Part shown: one piece after another, positions 37,801 to 46,874 of the stretch
How the letters are laid out: each line of letters starts with the position of its first letter
How positions within the stretch are numbered: position 1 is the stretch's first letter
Assembly: GCA_036273615.1 (NCBI GenBank)
Contig: DASUHH010000032.1
Span: 798 to 64,797 of the forward strand
From: Allosphingosinicella sp.
Lineage (GTDB): Bacteria > Pseudomonadota > Alphaproteobacteria > Sphingomonadales > Sphingomonadaceae
DNA: 64,000 nucleotides
Reading direction: 5' to 3'
The notes under the pieces: generated by a model
The model's database searches: none
What the model saw: only the letters and a program-made list of their open reading frames with translations
Told to the model about the DNA's origin: nothing
Program-made: the position numbers and the translations under genes

Positions 37801-38408
37801 AAACACGCCGGATTGGTCGCGACCAGCGGCAGGTCGTGGGCGTAAGCGAGGTCGATCAGGTCCGCCTCGGCCGCCTGCTCGACCGCATCGCCGCGCCGGC
37901 TGAGCTCGACGTAGAGGCGCCCCGGAAACAAGGCGGCGAGGCGCGCCGCCATCTCTTCGGCGGCGCTCGCCTGCTCGGCGGCGAGCAGACGGGCGAGCGC
38001 CCCCTCCCCGCCCCCGGTGAGCGCGATCAGGCCCCCGGTCCGCCCCTCCAGCGCCTCGAGCGTCACATGGGCCGGCTCCTCGACCGGCCGCCCGAGATGC
38101 GCCTCCGACACCAGGGAGCAGAGATTGTCGTATCCCTTGTCGTTCTGGACATACAAAGCGAGCCAGTCGAGCGCCGGCTGCGGCCCCGGCCGGGCGATTG
38201 CGAGGAAGGTGCCGACGATCGGCTGCACCCCCGCCTCGCGGCACGCCTCGGTAAATGCCATGGCCGCGTAGAGCCCGTTGCGGTCGGTCACCGCGGCCGC
38301 GGGAAAATCCAGCCTTTTCGCCTGCTTGGCGATCGCCTTCGGCTCGATCGCCCCCTCCAGCATCGTGTAGCTGGAGAAGATGCGCAGTGGGACGTAAAGC
38401 GCGGCCAT
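34887..38408 (-). CDS. dnaE: DNA polymerase III alpha subunit
   Basis: PHP domain, GPGRGSGAGS, ERVSMPDFDIDF, FAGYGFNKSHAAAY and a C-terminal OB fold. Confidence 0.98.
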   Translation of the reverse strand: MAALYVPLRIFSSYTMLEGAIEPKAIAKQAKRLDFPAAAVTDRNGLYAAMAFTEACREAGVQPIVGTFLAIARPGPQPALDWLALYVQNDKGYDNLCSLVSEAHLGRPVEEPAHVTLEALEGRTGGLIALTGGGEGALARLLAAEQASAAEEMAARLAALFPGRLYVELSRRGDAVEQAAEADLIDLAYAHDLPLVATNPACFAEPHFHAAHDAMLCIAQSSQIDRDDRARSSPEAWMKPAADMRALFGDLPEAIENSGVVARRCAFGAPKRKPILPSIAGDTEGEAEQLRRDARAGLAARLEKYVAPEEGRGTGVRGSDDAALRERFPDYFARLEYEIEIIVGMGFAAYFLIVADFIKWAKENDIPVGPGRGSGAGSVVAWALTVTDLDPLRLGLLFERFLNPERVSMPDFDIDFCETRRGEVIRYVQRRYGADKVAQIITFGKLKARAVLKDTGRVLQMPYGQVDRLAKLIPNHPTDPWTLERALNGVSELAAEYRNDADIRRLFDLAMKLEGLPRHSSTHAAGVVIGDRPLDQLVPLYRDPRSDMPVTQFDMKYVEAAGLIKFDFLGLKTLSVLQKAVRMLAKRGIQVDLDRLPWDDPAVFALLQRGDTVGIFQFESEGMRRTLAAVKPTCFEDIIALNALYRPGPMDNIPMFGARKNGREIEYPHPMLEDVLRETYGIFVYQEQVMEAAKVLAGFSLGEADLLRRAMGKKIQAEMDAQRERFVTGCAANSIARPKANELFDLIDKFAGYGFNKSHAAAYALVAYQTLWLKAHHPVEFYAASMCFDMHQTDKLAVFVDDMRRMGVACLPPSINASEAEFAVEEVPGEEEKPLAVRYALGALKGVGGKAMEQLVDERRANGRFRSLDDFAERIDPRLLNRRQLESLAGSGAFDALAPNRASVFAAAETILAHAASAADARASGQGGLFGGAGDAQVPPIRMPTAAAWTLAQSMAAEKEAFGFYFSAHPVDRYRHLAEAHGAKSFADLGALPAPAEGGRTGAVMAGLIEDTRWRTSARGRRYLMATCSDASGQFAATIFDDDAAARVEEAAKAGGCALLNVELDRRPGEEAPRVTIRSLQPFESLSKRTRLQLEVEVADEEAVRRLAAALAGDRGGSGELRLRVALDGGEAELVLGRDFLLDAELAARIERVEGVIAVRLAVAAPPRLALVS

Positions 38409-38484
38409 CGACTCTCTATGGGGTCTTCGTCCCCGTCAGGAAAGCGCCGTCTCGGGCTTTTCCACACCTAAAAGAGGCCGGCGG

Positions 38485-39018
38485 TCACTGCGATGCGGCC
38501 GGCCGGTAGAGGAAGTCGAACGCCGCCTGCCAGCTCCTGCCGTCGTCGACCGAGGTGTCGCCTTTCTGTCGCACGGCGCCGGCCGCCTCACGCGTATAGG
38601 TCATCCGCACCAGAGCGCTCCTGCCGGGGCCGAGCACGTCCTTCCAGAAGCCGGTGAGGACCATCGCCTGGCCCGCGATTCCGCCCTTGAAGTCGACCCG
38701 GGCACCGGCGGAATCGACCCAGGTCTGCCGCCAGGCGTTCTCCTCCGGCACCCAGGCGCTGAGGCTGCCGCCGCCGGTCCCGCCGAGCGGCATCCAATTC
38801 TCGCGGATCGCGCAGCCGGCATAGAGGCGCTCGATCCGGCTGTGCGCGATCAGCTTGGTGTCGCCGGTCCGGTAGACGTCCCAATTGCCGACCCAGAAAT
38901 CGAAGGCGCGATGATCGGGCGTCGCGCAGGGCGAAGGCGGCGGCGTCGGCGTGATCGCCCGCGCCGGCGCCATGCCGGTCACGACCAAGGCCGCCGCCGC
39001 GAAAGACTGGAATCGCAT
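38485..39018 (-). CDS. secreted beta-rich hypothetical protein (DUF1579-like)
   Basis: Signal peptide, C....HR.FDFW.G.W, GCAI.ENW, W.QTWVD and S.DDG.SW. Confidence 0.75.
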   Translation of the reverse strand: MRFQSFAAAALVVTGMAPARAITPTPPPSPCATPDHRAFDFWVGNWDVYRTGDTKLIAHSRIERLYAGCAIRENWMPLGGTGGGSLSAWVPEENAWRQTWVDSAGARVDFKGGIAGQAMVLTGFWKDVLGPGRSALVRMTYTREAAGAVRQKGDTSVDDGRSWQAAFDFLYRPAASQ

Positions 39019-39086
39019 CGACCGCTCCTCCGTCGCCGCCGGAAATTAGCCAAGGGCGGCGGCGCGGTCCAGAGAAGCCGCAGGCC

Positions 39087-39737
39087 TCAGTGGACAGGCT
39101 TGCCGAACTTCGCCCAAGGCCAGGTGAAGGTGAGCGGCGTCCCTCTTATGTCGGCGATCGCAAGCTGCTCCACCCCCTGCTCTTCATGGGGAACGCGGCC
39201 GTCGGCGCTATTGTCGCGATTGTCGCCGAGCGTGAAGACATGGCCGGGCGCGACCTTTTGCGGGCCGAAATTATCCTCGGACGAGGGCCCGGAATCGAGG
39301 ATGAAATGATCGCCCTCCTCGCCCGGGAAATGCTCGCGGAGGCGGACGGCCGTCGGACCGAAGACGCTCGGGTCGGCAACGGGAACGGTGCCGGCCCGCT
39401 GCTGCGGCACCGCTGTGCCGTTGAGGACGACCCGGCCGTCCACGAGGGCGATCGTGTCGCCAGGCAGGGCGGCGATGCGCTGGATATAGGTCGCATCGCC
39501 GTTGCGGAGGAGGATGATCTGGCCGCGCTTCAGCGGATCGGGCGCGCGCATCCAGGCGACGAAATGGTCGTTCCTGTTCAGGGTCGGCTCCATCGATTCC
39601 GAGGGAACGTAGAAATGGCGCACGGCCGGCAGCGGCGCGCCCGCGGCGAACAGCAAGGCGAGTAGGACGAGCAGCAGCAGCCCGCCGAGCCCCCAGAGAA
39701 CGCCCCTCCGCCGCGATCGCGAACCCGCTGCATTCAT
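39087..39737 (-). CDS. signal peptidase I (S26) homologue with catalytic Lys replaced by Gln
   Basis: One TM helix, PSESMEPTL (catalytic Ser box), YIQRIAALPGD where YIKR is expected, and FTLGDNRDNS.D.R. ATGA overlap with the upstream gene. Confidence 0.9.
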   Translation of the reverse strand: MNAAGSRSRRRGVLWGLGGLLLLVLLALLFAAGAPLPAVRHFYVPSESMEPTLNRNDHFVAWMRAPDPLKRGQIILLRNGDATYIQRIAALPGDTIALVDGRVVLNGTAVPQQRAGTVPVADPSVFGPTAVRLREHFPGEEGDHFILDSGPSSEDNFGPQKVAPGHVFTLGDNRDNSADGRVPHEEQGVEQLAIADIRGTPLTFTWPWAKFGKPVH

Positions 39738-42700
39738 TGGCCCGCATCTCCTTCCTTGCCGGCGCCCCGGTCGGTCTCCTTCCCGGCCGGGACGACGATG
39801 CGGCCGATACTCTTGGCGCCGTTCGAATCGCGGGTCAATTCGACGTCGACGCTCTCCTCGCTCTGGTTCGCCCGTCCGAAATTGCGGAACAGATGCGCGG
39901 TCAGCAGGGTCGGCCCGTTGGGATCGAGCCGGTCGGGCGCATAGACATTGGCCTGCACCCGGTAGGTGCCCGCCGGCGCCCGGTGGAGCAGATATTCCTC
40001 CGGCCCATAGCCCTGGGTCATGTCGTGCGAGAGGCGGCCGCCGATCGCCGTCTTCGGATTGTTGTAGATGGCGCGCTCGCCGTCCGGCTCGTCGACCCAG
40101 AGATCCATGTCGGTTCCGTCGGTCGTCCAGTCTATCACCACCCGCATGTCGACGTCGAGCAGGGCGATGAGCCGCGGGTCCATGTCCGGCCGGCCGCCGA
40201 GCCGGCGGAGCTTCGGCACCAGCGAATTGGCCTCCATCAGCGCGATCAATTCGATCCCCGTCCAGCGGGCGTCGAGCGGCTCGGTCGCGACCTGGTAGAG
40301 CAGGCCGATGGCGCGTTCGAGATCGGCACGGGCATGGGCCGGATCGAGCGCCGCCCGTCGCGCCAGCGCAAGCGCGAGCAGGCGCCTGGGCTGGGGCCGG
40401 TCGGGATCGAGCGCCGCCTGGAGCGCGCGCAGCTCGATCGCCCGGTCGATCGCGCCGTAGCGTTCGAGCCGGTCGGCGACGATTCCGAGCGTCACCTCGT
40501 TGGACGAGGGCAATTCGAGCGCGCCCAGCACCATCTCGACCGCCTCCCGGGTGCGGCCGTGCCTGCGCAGCCACTCCGCGGTGTCGAGATAGAAAGCGGG
40601 GATGGTGCCGTGGCGATGCTCGGCCTCGAGGAAACGGGCGTCGAACTGCTCCGGCGCGCCGTCATACAGCTCCAGATAGGGCCGCTCCGGCTGCCAGGCG
40701 TCGATCGCGATCGCGGCGCCCTGCCCCTCCCCTGCCTCGGCCGCTTTGCTCCCGGCCATGGGGATCTCCTCGGCGGTGACGGAGGTGACGGGGGTGGCGG
40801 ACGCCAGATTGCCGTGCGGCACCCGCGATCCGGTCACCACGATGCTCTGGCCGGCCCGCGACGGCAATTGGTTGAGCGCATCGCCCACCGTCTGCGTGGG
40901 TGCCGGCGGTGGCGGCGGAGGAGGAGGCGGCGGCGGCGGTGCCGCCATCCGGACCTGCGGCGACGGCGGCGGGGCGGGTTCCGTCACGTCGAAATTGCGC
41001 GAGGTGGCGACCCGCTTCGGCCGCGCCGCCGGGCTGAAGCGCGTCCTCCACCAGGCGACCTCTTCGGCCCATTCGCCGGCGACCGCGTCGAGCCGCTGCC
41101 GCTTTTCGTCGGCCAGCGTCGAGTCCGCCGCCTTGCGCATCCGCAAATAGCTATCCCGCGCCTCGGACGGATAGTCGGCCGGCGGCTCGACATGGGCGGC
41201 GAGATAATCGGCCGGCAGCTCGAGGACGAGGAAGGACAGGCTCGGGCTGGCAATGTTGTAGCGCCGGCTCAAGGCGACATAATCGGCGCGCTGCTCGGCC
41301 CGGCCGAGCGTCGCGAGCCGGTCGGCGGCGATCAATGCGCCCTCGCCGTCGAACGGCACCGGATCGCCCTCGGCCGAGCGGGAAAGCTCGGTCGTCTCGC
41401 TCCCGTCGGAAAGCAGGACGATCAGATGGTCGCCCTCGGGCGCGCGGGCGAGGATCCGCCAGCGGCCGTCCGGCGCGTCGAGCGCGACGAAGGGCAAGGG
41501 CCGCCGGTCCTGGTCGAGCAATGCGGTCACGCCGCGGAACGGCGCGGCGAGGGCCGCGGCGATGCTCTCCTCATTGCCCGTATCGAGCGCGAAGGCGCGG
41601 CCGCCATGGGCGGCGGCGAGATGGCGCAGCCAGGCGCGGTCGGCATCGCCCGCCGAGCTCACCGCGTCGAGCCGGCAGGCTGGCGCGAAGACGGTGCCGA
41701 GATCGACCGTCGGTCGCCCGTCCGAGAAGAGCAGGCAGGAATCGGCCGGCCCGTCCCCGGCGATCGGCGCGAAGCTGGTCGCGCCGCGATAGGCGAGGCC
41801 CTTCAGCCAGGCGGCCGCATCGTCGGCGGAGGCGGCGATGTGTCGGGTCGCGCCGCTGCTGTTGAAGGCGACCAGCTCGACCGAGCGCGGGCGCGCCCGC
41901 GCGATCAGGCGGCGCAGCAGGGCGATCTCGGCATCGGTGCGGCTGCCGAGCCGCGAGCGCGACCGGTCCCAATAGATTCGAAGGCGCCTCGGCCTGTCGG
42001 CCGCCGCCGCCGGCGGAAGCGCGCCGCCGAGCTGGAGGTAGAGCTCGCCGGTCGCATGGCGGCTGACGAGCGTGTCGCGCGGCGCCGGCGCGGCGACGAC
42101 CAGGGTCCCCGCCACCGGCCCGGCCGCGCCCTCCGCCCTGCCTTCATAGCCGCCCGCCGCCGGCGTCAGCGCCAGCCTGCTCCCGTCGGGCAGGGTCACC
42201 AGGGGCGCGGCGGCGCTTCCGCTCGCCTCGACCGCGACCGACCAGCCCTCGACCGGCGCCGCGAAGGCGAGCGGCAGCCTGACATTGCCGTTGGCCGGAA
42301 CCGGCTGGACGAAGCGCAGCCGGATCGAGCGCCCGCCGCCGGGGCGGATCGGGAAGACATGGGTGCGAAAGACATTGTCGGCCGACACCGCGGCGAGGCC
42401 GGGATCGACGCCGCGCCGGATCCGCGCCTCGTAGACCGCCTCGGCGCGCGGCCGGTCGACGAGCACGCCGTCGACCATCTGGCCGTTGATGTCGAGCGCA
42501 TAGCCGGTCACCACCGCGCCCGGCGGCAGCGCAAGCGAGAAATCGCCCTCCAAAGTCTCCGAATTCGGGTTGGCGAAGGCGGCGTCGACCGTGGTTTCGG
42601 CGACCGCGCCGCGGATTCGGATTCGGACGTCGAGCCGGCGCAGCCCGAGCTCGCGCTCGTGCGCCGCGTCGTGGACGCCGTTGACGCTGGCGCGAAGGCT

Positions 42701-42793
42701 CGGATTGGCCGCCGGCCCCCTGCCCTGGGCCGAGACGACGGCCGGAATCAGCGCCAGCAACAAGCCCAGCCACAAGGCGCGCGCCATATTCAT
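39734..42793 (-). CDS. secreted VIT-domain protein with vWA-like region, TPRs and DUF2135-type C-terminus
   Basis: Signal peptide; VIT pattern (AETTV...F.N...LEG.F...LP.GA.VTGYAL...RA..VYE); WDRSRSR vWA-like start; YQG.T-like YRGAT; C-terminal W.TD.TD.DLWV.EP.GE..Y...GG.LS.D.TQGYGPEEY. Confidence 0.88.
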   Translation of the reverse strand: MNMARALWLGLLLALIPAVVSAQGRGPAANPSLRASVNGVHDAAHERELGLRRLDVRIRIRGAVAETTVDAAFANPNSETLEGDFSLALPPGAVVTGYALDINGQMVDGVLVDRPRAEAVYEARIRRGVDPGLAAVSADNVFRTHVFPIRPGGGRSIRLRFVQPVPANGNVRLPLAFAAPVEGWSVAVEASGSAAAPLVTLPDGSRLALTPAAGGYEGRAEGAAGPVAGTLVVAAPAPRDTLVSRHATGELYLQLGGALPPAAAADRPRRLRIYWDRSRSRLGSRTDAEIALLRRLIARARPRSVELVAFNSSGATRHIAASADDAAAWLKGLAYRGATSFAPIAGDGPADSCLLFSDGRPTVDLGTVFAPACRLDAVSSAGDADRAWLRHLAAAHGGRAFALDTGNEESIAAALAAPFRGVTALLDQDRRPLPFVALDAPDGRWRILARAPEGDHLIVLLSDGSETTELSRSAEGDPVPFDGEGALIAADRLATLGRAEQRADYVALSRRYNIASPSLSFLVLELPADYLAAHVEPPADYPSEARDSYLRMRKAADSTLADEKRQRLDAVAGEWAEEVAWWRTRFSPAARPKRVATSRNFDVTEPAPPPSPQVRMAAPPPPPPPPPPPPAPTQTVGDALNQLPSRAGQSIVVTGSRVPHGNLASATPVTSVTAEEIPMAGSKAAEAGEGQGAAIAIDAWQPERPYLELYDGAPEQFDARFLEAEHRHGTIPAFYLDTAEWLRRHGRTREAVEMVLGALELPSSNEVTLGIVADRLERYGAIDRAIELRALQAALDPDRPQPRRLLALALARRAALDPAHARADLERAIGLLYQVATEPLDARWTGIELIALMEANSLVPKLRRLGGRPDMDPRLIALLDVDMRVVIDWTTDGTDMDLWVDEPDGERAIYNNPKTAIGGRLSHDMTQGYGPEEYLLHRAPAGTYRVQANVYAPDRLDPNGPTLLTAHLFRNFGRANQSEESVDVELTRDSNGAKSIGRIVVPAGKETDRGAGKEGDAGQ

Positions 42794-42997
42794 CCCCCGG
42801 CCCCCTTTTACCGGGAGCCTGAATTTCGTTGCCCGAACAGGCAAGGCGGCGAACGTGGCGATCGGGCTGGGCAAGCCGGACATGAGAATCTCCCTGACGA
42901 CGGCGGCTCTATCGTCCGCCGGTCACTGGGACGCGGCTCCGGGAAGAATCCTTGGAACGGGACCGAAAATTTTTTGCGGCCTTGAGCAGGCCTTGAT

Positions 42998-43696
42998 TCA
43001 GGCTGCCGCGGCCTGCCCTTCGATATGCCCCTCGTGCAGGCGCAGGATGCGGTCCATCTTGGCGGCGATCCGCTCATTGTGGGTGGCGACGAGGGCGGCC
43101 GAACCTTCGTCGCGGACCAGCTTCAGGAACTCGGCGAAGACGAGGTCGGCGGTCGCCTCGTCGAGATTGCCGGTCGGCTCGTCGGCGAGGACGAGGAGCG
43201 GCCGGTTGGCGAGCGCGCGGGCGACGGCAACGCGCTGCTGCTCGCCGCCCGAAAGCTTGCTCGGCCGGTGAGTGAGCCGGTCGGCGAGGCCGAGCCGGCC
43301 GAGCAGCGCCCGCGCCCGCGCCCGCGCCGCCTCGCCGGCGGCGCCGTGGATGAGCTGGGGGATGACGACATTCTCCTCGGCGGTGAAATCCGGAAGGAGA
43401 TGGTGGAATTGATAGACGAAGCCGAGCGCGTCGCGGCGCAGGCGCGTGCGCTGGTCGGCGTTGAGCGCGGCCGCCTCCCGCCCCTCGATCCGGATCGATC
43501 CCTCGAACCCGCCTTCGAGCAGCCCGATCGCCTGGAGCATGGTCGACTTGCCCGAGCCCGACGGGCCGAGCAAGGCGACGATCTCGCCCCGCCCGACATG
43601 GAGGTCGACCCCGCGCAGCACGTCGATCGTGACGTCCGCCTGCGTGAAGCTCCGCCGCAGCCCCCGGACCTCGAGGACGGGTCCCGCGTCAGTCAT
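42998..43696 (-). CDS. lolD: lipoprotein-releasing ABC transporter ATP-binding protein
   Basis: [31 protein letters not shown] and [10 protein letters not shown], directly after lolE. Confidence 0.92.
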   Translation of the reverse strand: MTDAGPVLEVRGLRRSFTQADVTIDVLRGVDLHVGRGEIVALLGPSGSGKSTMLQAIGLLEGGFEGSIRIEGREAAALNADQRTRLRRDALGFVYQFHHLLPDFTAEENVVIPQLIHGAAGEAARARARALLGRLGLADRLTHRPSKLSGGEQQRVAVARALANRPLLVLADEPTGNLDEATADLVFAEFLKLVRDEGSAALVATHNERIAAKMDRILRLHEGHIEGQAAAA

Positions 43697-43756
43697 GGTT
43701 TGCCGCTTTGCCCCTCCCCCTCGATGGGGGAGGATTTTAGCTCGGCGAGGACCGAC

Positions 43757-45007
43757 TCACTCATAGCGCAGCACCTGCACGGGATCGGTGCTCGACGCCT
43801 TCCACGCCGGATAGAGGGTGGAGAGGAAGCTCGCGACCAAAGTCAGCGAAACCACCGCGAACGTCTCGAACGGCGATGTCTTGGACGGCAATTCGGTGAT
43901 GAATCGGATCGACGGGTCCCACAGATTCTGGCCGGTCAGATGCTGGATCCCGTCGACGATCGACTGGCGGAAATAAAGGACGATCGCCGCGAGCACGAGC
44001 CCGCTCAACGTCCCAAGGATTCCGATCGTCAGCCCCACCGACATGAAGATCCGGAGCATCGCCCGCCGCGAGGCGCCCATCGTCCTGAGGATGGCGATGT
44101 CGCGGGTCTTGGCGCGCACCAGCATGATCAGCGACGACAATATGTTGAAGGCGGCGACGACGATGATCAGCGACAGGATCCAGAACATCACCACCCGTTC
44201 GATCTGCAGCGCCTGGAAGAGCGACGAGTTCATCTGCCGCCAGTCGCGCACCACCGCTTCGCCGGCGACGGCGCGGGAGAGCGGCGCGAGGATCTGCTGT
44301 ACCCGGTCGGGCTCGGCGACCTGGATCTCGACCATGCCGACATCCTCGCCCATCATCAGCAGGTTCTGGGCATCCTCGATCGGCATGATCACGAAGGCCT
44401 TGTCATAATCGTAGACGCCGACCTCGAAGATTGCGGCGACGCGGTAGGAGACGATGCGCGGCAGCGTTCCGAACGGAGTCGCCCGGCCGTCGGGGGCGAT
44501 CAGGCTGATCTGGGCGCCGACGCCGACGCCGAGCTGCTCGGCGAGCCGGGCGCCGAGCGCGACATTGTCCGAATCCGGCTTCAGGTCGGCGAGCGAGCCG
44601 GCGACGACCTTGCCGGCGATCGTCTTGTTGCCGAGGATATCCGGAACCCGCATGCCGCGGAGGAGCACGCCCTCGACCCGCCCTTCCGAGCTCGCCATCA
44701 AGGGCTGCTCGATCAACGGGATTGCGGAGGTGACGCCGGGCGTGCGCTTCGCCTGGGCGAGGATGTCGCGCCAGTCGGCCAGCCGCTCGCCATAAGGCTG
44801 GACGACGGCATGGCCATTGAGGCCGATGATCTTGTCGAACAATTCGGCGCGGAAGCCGTTCATCACGCTCATCACGACGATCAGGGCGAAGACGCCGATG
44901 GTGACGGCGAGCAGGCTGAACGCCGCCACCACGAAGATGAACCCCTCGCCCTTCCCCGGCAGCAGGTAACGCCGCGCGATCATCCGCTCGTAACGGGTGA
45001 GGATCAT
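43757..45007 (-). CDS. lolE: lipoprotein-releasing ABC transporter permease (LolC/E)
   Basis: VMSVMNGFR, GHAVV, AAFNILSSLIMLV..KTRDIAILRTMGA and YPAWKA...DPV..LRYE. Confidence 0.92.
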   Translation of the reverse strand: MILTRYERMIARRYLLPGKGEGFIFVVAAFSLLAVTIGVFALIVVMSVMNGFRAELFDKIIGLNGHAVVQPYGERLADWRDILAQAKRTPGVTSAIPLIEQPLMASSEGRVEGVLLRGMRVPDILGNKTIAGKVVAGSLADLKPDSDNVALGARLAEQLGVGVGAQISLIAPDGRATPFGTLPRIVSYRVAAIFEVGVYDYDKAFVIMPIEDAQNLLMMGEDVGMVEIQVAEPDRVQQILAPLSRAVAGEAVVRDWRQMNSSLFQALQIERVVMFWILSLIIVVAAFNILSSLIMLVRAKTRDIAILRTMGASRRAMLRIFMSVGLTIGILGTLSGLVLAAIVLYFRQSIVDGIQHLTGQNLWDPSIRFITELPSKTSPFETFAVVSLTLVASFLSTLYPAWKASSTDPVQVLRYE

Positions 45008-45024
45008 GACGCGCCCCCCTGCGC

Positions 45025-45160
45025 GTCGCCCCGGCGAAAGCCGGGGCCTCGGCTCACCTGGTCATGCGCCTTCGTCGTCATCCCCGCGAAGGCGGGGATC
45101 CAGCCGGCCTGCGTGCCAGGTGACGAATCAGCCTGGATTCCCGCTTTCGCGGGAATGACG
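45025..45160. repeat. REP-like palindrome cluster
   Basis: GTCGCCCCGGCGAAAGCCGGGGCC, plus the inverted pair GTCATCCCCGCGAAGGCGGGGATCCAG / CTGGATTCCCGCTTTCGCGGGAATGAC, between proS and lolE. Confidence 0.85.
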
Positions 45161-45191
45161 GGGAAGGCGGCGGGACCGACGAACGCAGGAC

Positions 45192-46496
45192 TCATCCCGT
45201 CAGCCTCGCCAGCGCGCTCTCCAGCGACACCTCCTCGCGCTCGCCGGTCGCGCGGCGCTTGAGCTCGACCGTTCCGCGCTCCAGCCCGCGCGGGCCGACG
45301 ACGAGCTGCCAGGGGAGGCCGATCAGGTCCATGGTCGCGAACTTGGCGCCGCCGCGCTCGTCGCGGTCGTCGTAGAGGGTCTCGACCCCGGCCGCCTCGA
45401 GGTCGCGGTAGAGCCGGTCGGCGGCGGCGGCGCAGCCTTCGTCGTCCGCGCGCATGTTGATCAGGCCGACCTGGAAGGGCGCGACGCTCTCGGGCCAGAC
45501 GATGCCGGCCTCGTCATGGCTCGCCTCGATGATCCCGCCGACCAGCCGCGACACGCCGATGCCGTAGCTCCCCATCTGCGGATGGACCTGGCCGCCATCC
45601 TTCGTCTGGATGCTCAGCCCCATCGACGCGCTATACTTGGTGCCGAAGGCGAAGATATGGCCGACCTCGATGCCGCGGCGGGTGCGCAGCCGCGCCTTCG
45701 GCACCGGGCATTCGGCGACCTTGGCATGCTCCTCCTCCTCCATCGCGTAGAGGCCGGTCAGCCGCGCGATGGTCGAGGCGTCGGCGGCGAGCAATTCCTC
45801 GCGGCTGATCTCCTCGATTGCCGCGTCGTAGAAGAGCGCGCTCTCGCCCGTATCGGCGAGGATGTGGAATTCGTGGCTGAGGTCGCCGCCGATCGGCCCG
45901 GTCGGCGCCCGCACCGGCACCGCCTGCAGGCCGAGCCGGGCGAAGGTGCGCAGATAGGCGACGAACATCGCCTCGTAGCTGCGCCGCAGCCCCTCCTCGT
46001 CGAGGTCGAAGCTGTAGGCGTCCTTCATCAGGAACTCGCGCCCGCGCATCACGCCGAAGCGCGGCCGCACCTCGTCGCGGAACTTCCACTGGATATGGTA
46101 GAGCGTGCGCGGCAGGTCGCGATAGGAGCGGGCGGCGTCGCGGAAGATGCCGGTGATCATCTCCTCGTTGGTCGGCCCGAACAGCATCTCGCGCTCGTGC
46201 CGATCGAGGAAGCGGAGCATCTCCGGCCCATAGGCGTCGTAGCGGCCCGACTGGCGCCAGAGGTCGGCCGACTGGATGGTCGGCATGAGAAGCTCGATCG
46301 CGCCCGCCCGGTCCTGCTCCTCGCGGACGATCCGCTCGATATTCCTCAGCACCCGGAGGCCGATCGGAAGCCAGGCATAGATTCCAGCCGCGGTCTGGCG
46401 GACGAGTCCCGCGCGCAGCATCAATTTGTGGCTGACGATCTGGGCGTCGGCCGGCGTCTCCTTCATGACGGGCAGGAAATAGTTGGAAAGGCGCAT
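45192..46496 (-). CDS. proS: prolyl-tRNA synthetase (short alphaproteobacterial form)
   Basis: [51 protein letters not shown] and anticodon-binding domain. Confidence 0.98.
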   Translation of the reverse strand: MRLSNYFLPVMKETPADAQIVSHKLMLRAGLVRQTAAGIYAWLPIGLRVLRNIERIVREEQDRAGAIELLMPTIQSADLWRQSGRYDAYGPEMLRFLDRHEREMLFGPTNEEMITGIFRDAARSYRDLPRTLYHIQWKFRDEVRPRFGVMRGREFLMKDAYSFDLDEEGLRRSYEAMFVAYLRTFARLGLQAVPVRAPTGPIGGDLSHEFHILADTGESALFYDAAIEEISREELLAADASTIARLTGLYAMEEEEHAKVAECPVPKARLRTRRGIEVGHIFAFGTKYSASMGLSIQTKDGGQVHPQMGSYGIGVSRLVGGIIEASHDEAGIVWPESVAPFQVGLINMRADDEGCAAAADRLYRDLEAAGVETLYDDRDERGGAKFATMDLIGLPWQLVVGPRGLERGTVELKRRATGEREEVSLESALARLTG

Positions 46497-46639
46497 CGGG
46501 CTGCCTGGTTCGGGCTGTCGGAAGCCCTCGCCTCTAGGGGGGCGAGGGAGGCAGCGCAACCGCACGGCGTCCGGGCGCCGGAGGGGCGTGGGGCCCGCCC
46601 CTGTTGCATGTCCGACACAGGGTCACGGCAATCGCTCCC

Positions 46640-46850
46640 AAGCCCTTGAAGGAAAGGTGACAAATGCCGGCCCGCGCGCCTAGCAAGGGGTCACGAACGA
46701 AGGCCGCACAAGGCCGGGTTCGGGGAGGCCTTGGCCCCGCATTCCCAAGCGAGGTGGGCAATGCGCGCGGGCCAGGTTCTCGCAAGGGGGCTGACGACCT
46801 GATCGTCACGCGGGTGCCCGGGCAGCAATGTCCGGGCACTTGTCGTTTCA
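46640..46850 (+). ncRNA. candidate structured RNA of unknown family
   Basis: 11-bp perfect long-range helix, several hairpins, and a terminal 11-bp GCAA-tetraloop stem with a T-rich tail. No plus-strand CDS lies upstream. Boundaries approximate. Confidence 0.35.
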
Positions 46851-46874
46851 GGCGCGATCCTTGCCTGCGTCGCG

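Noticed and set aside
40890-40960. Poly-proline/GGC run as slippage site
   Set aside because: In-frame linker with mixed codons; no frameshift visible.
34173-42985. 1432-aa and 1082-aa plus-strand ORFs
   Set aside because: Antisense shadows of dnaE/acyl-CoA ligase and of the VIT gene.
46640-46850. Identity as tmRNA, 6S, SRP, RNase P, T-box or cobalamin riboswitch
   Set aside because: No tRNA-like ends or tag ORF, no GGAAGGAAGCAGCC, no GAGGAAAGTCC and no B12-box or T-box consensus. Kept only as an unknown candidate.
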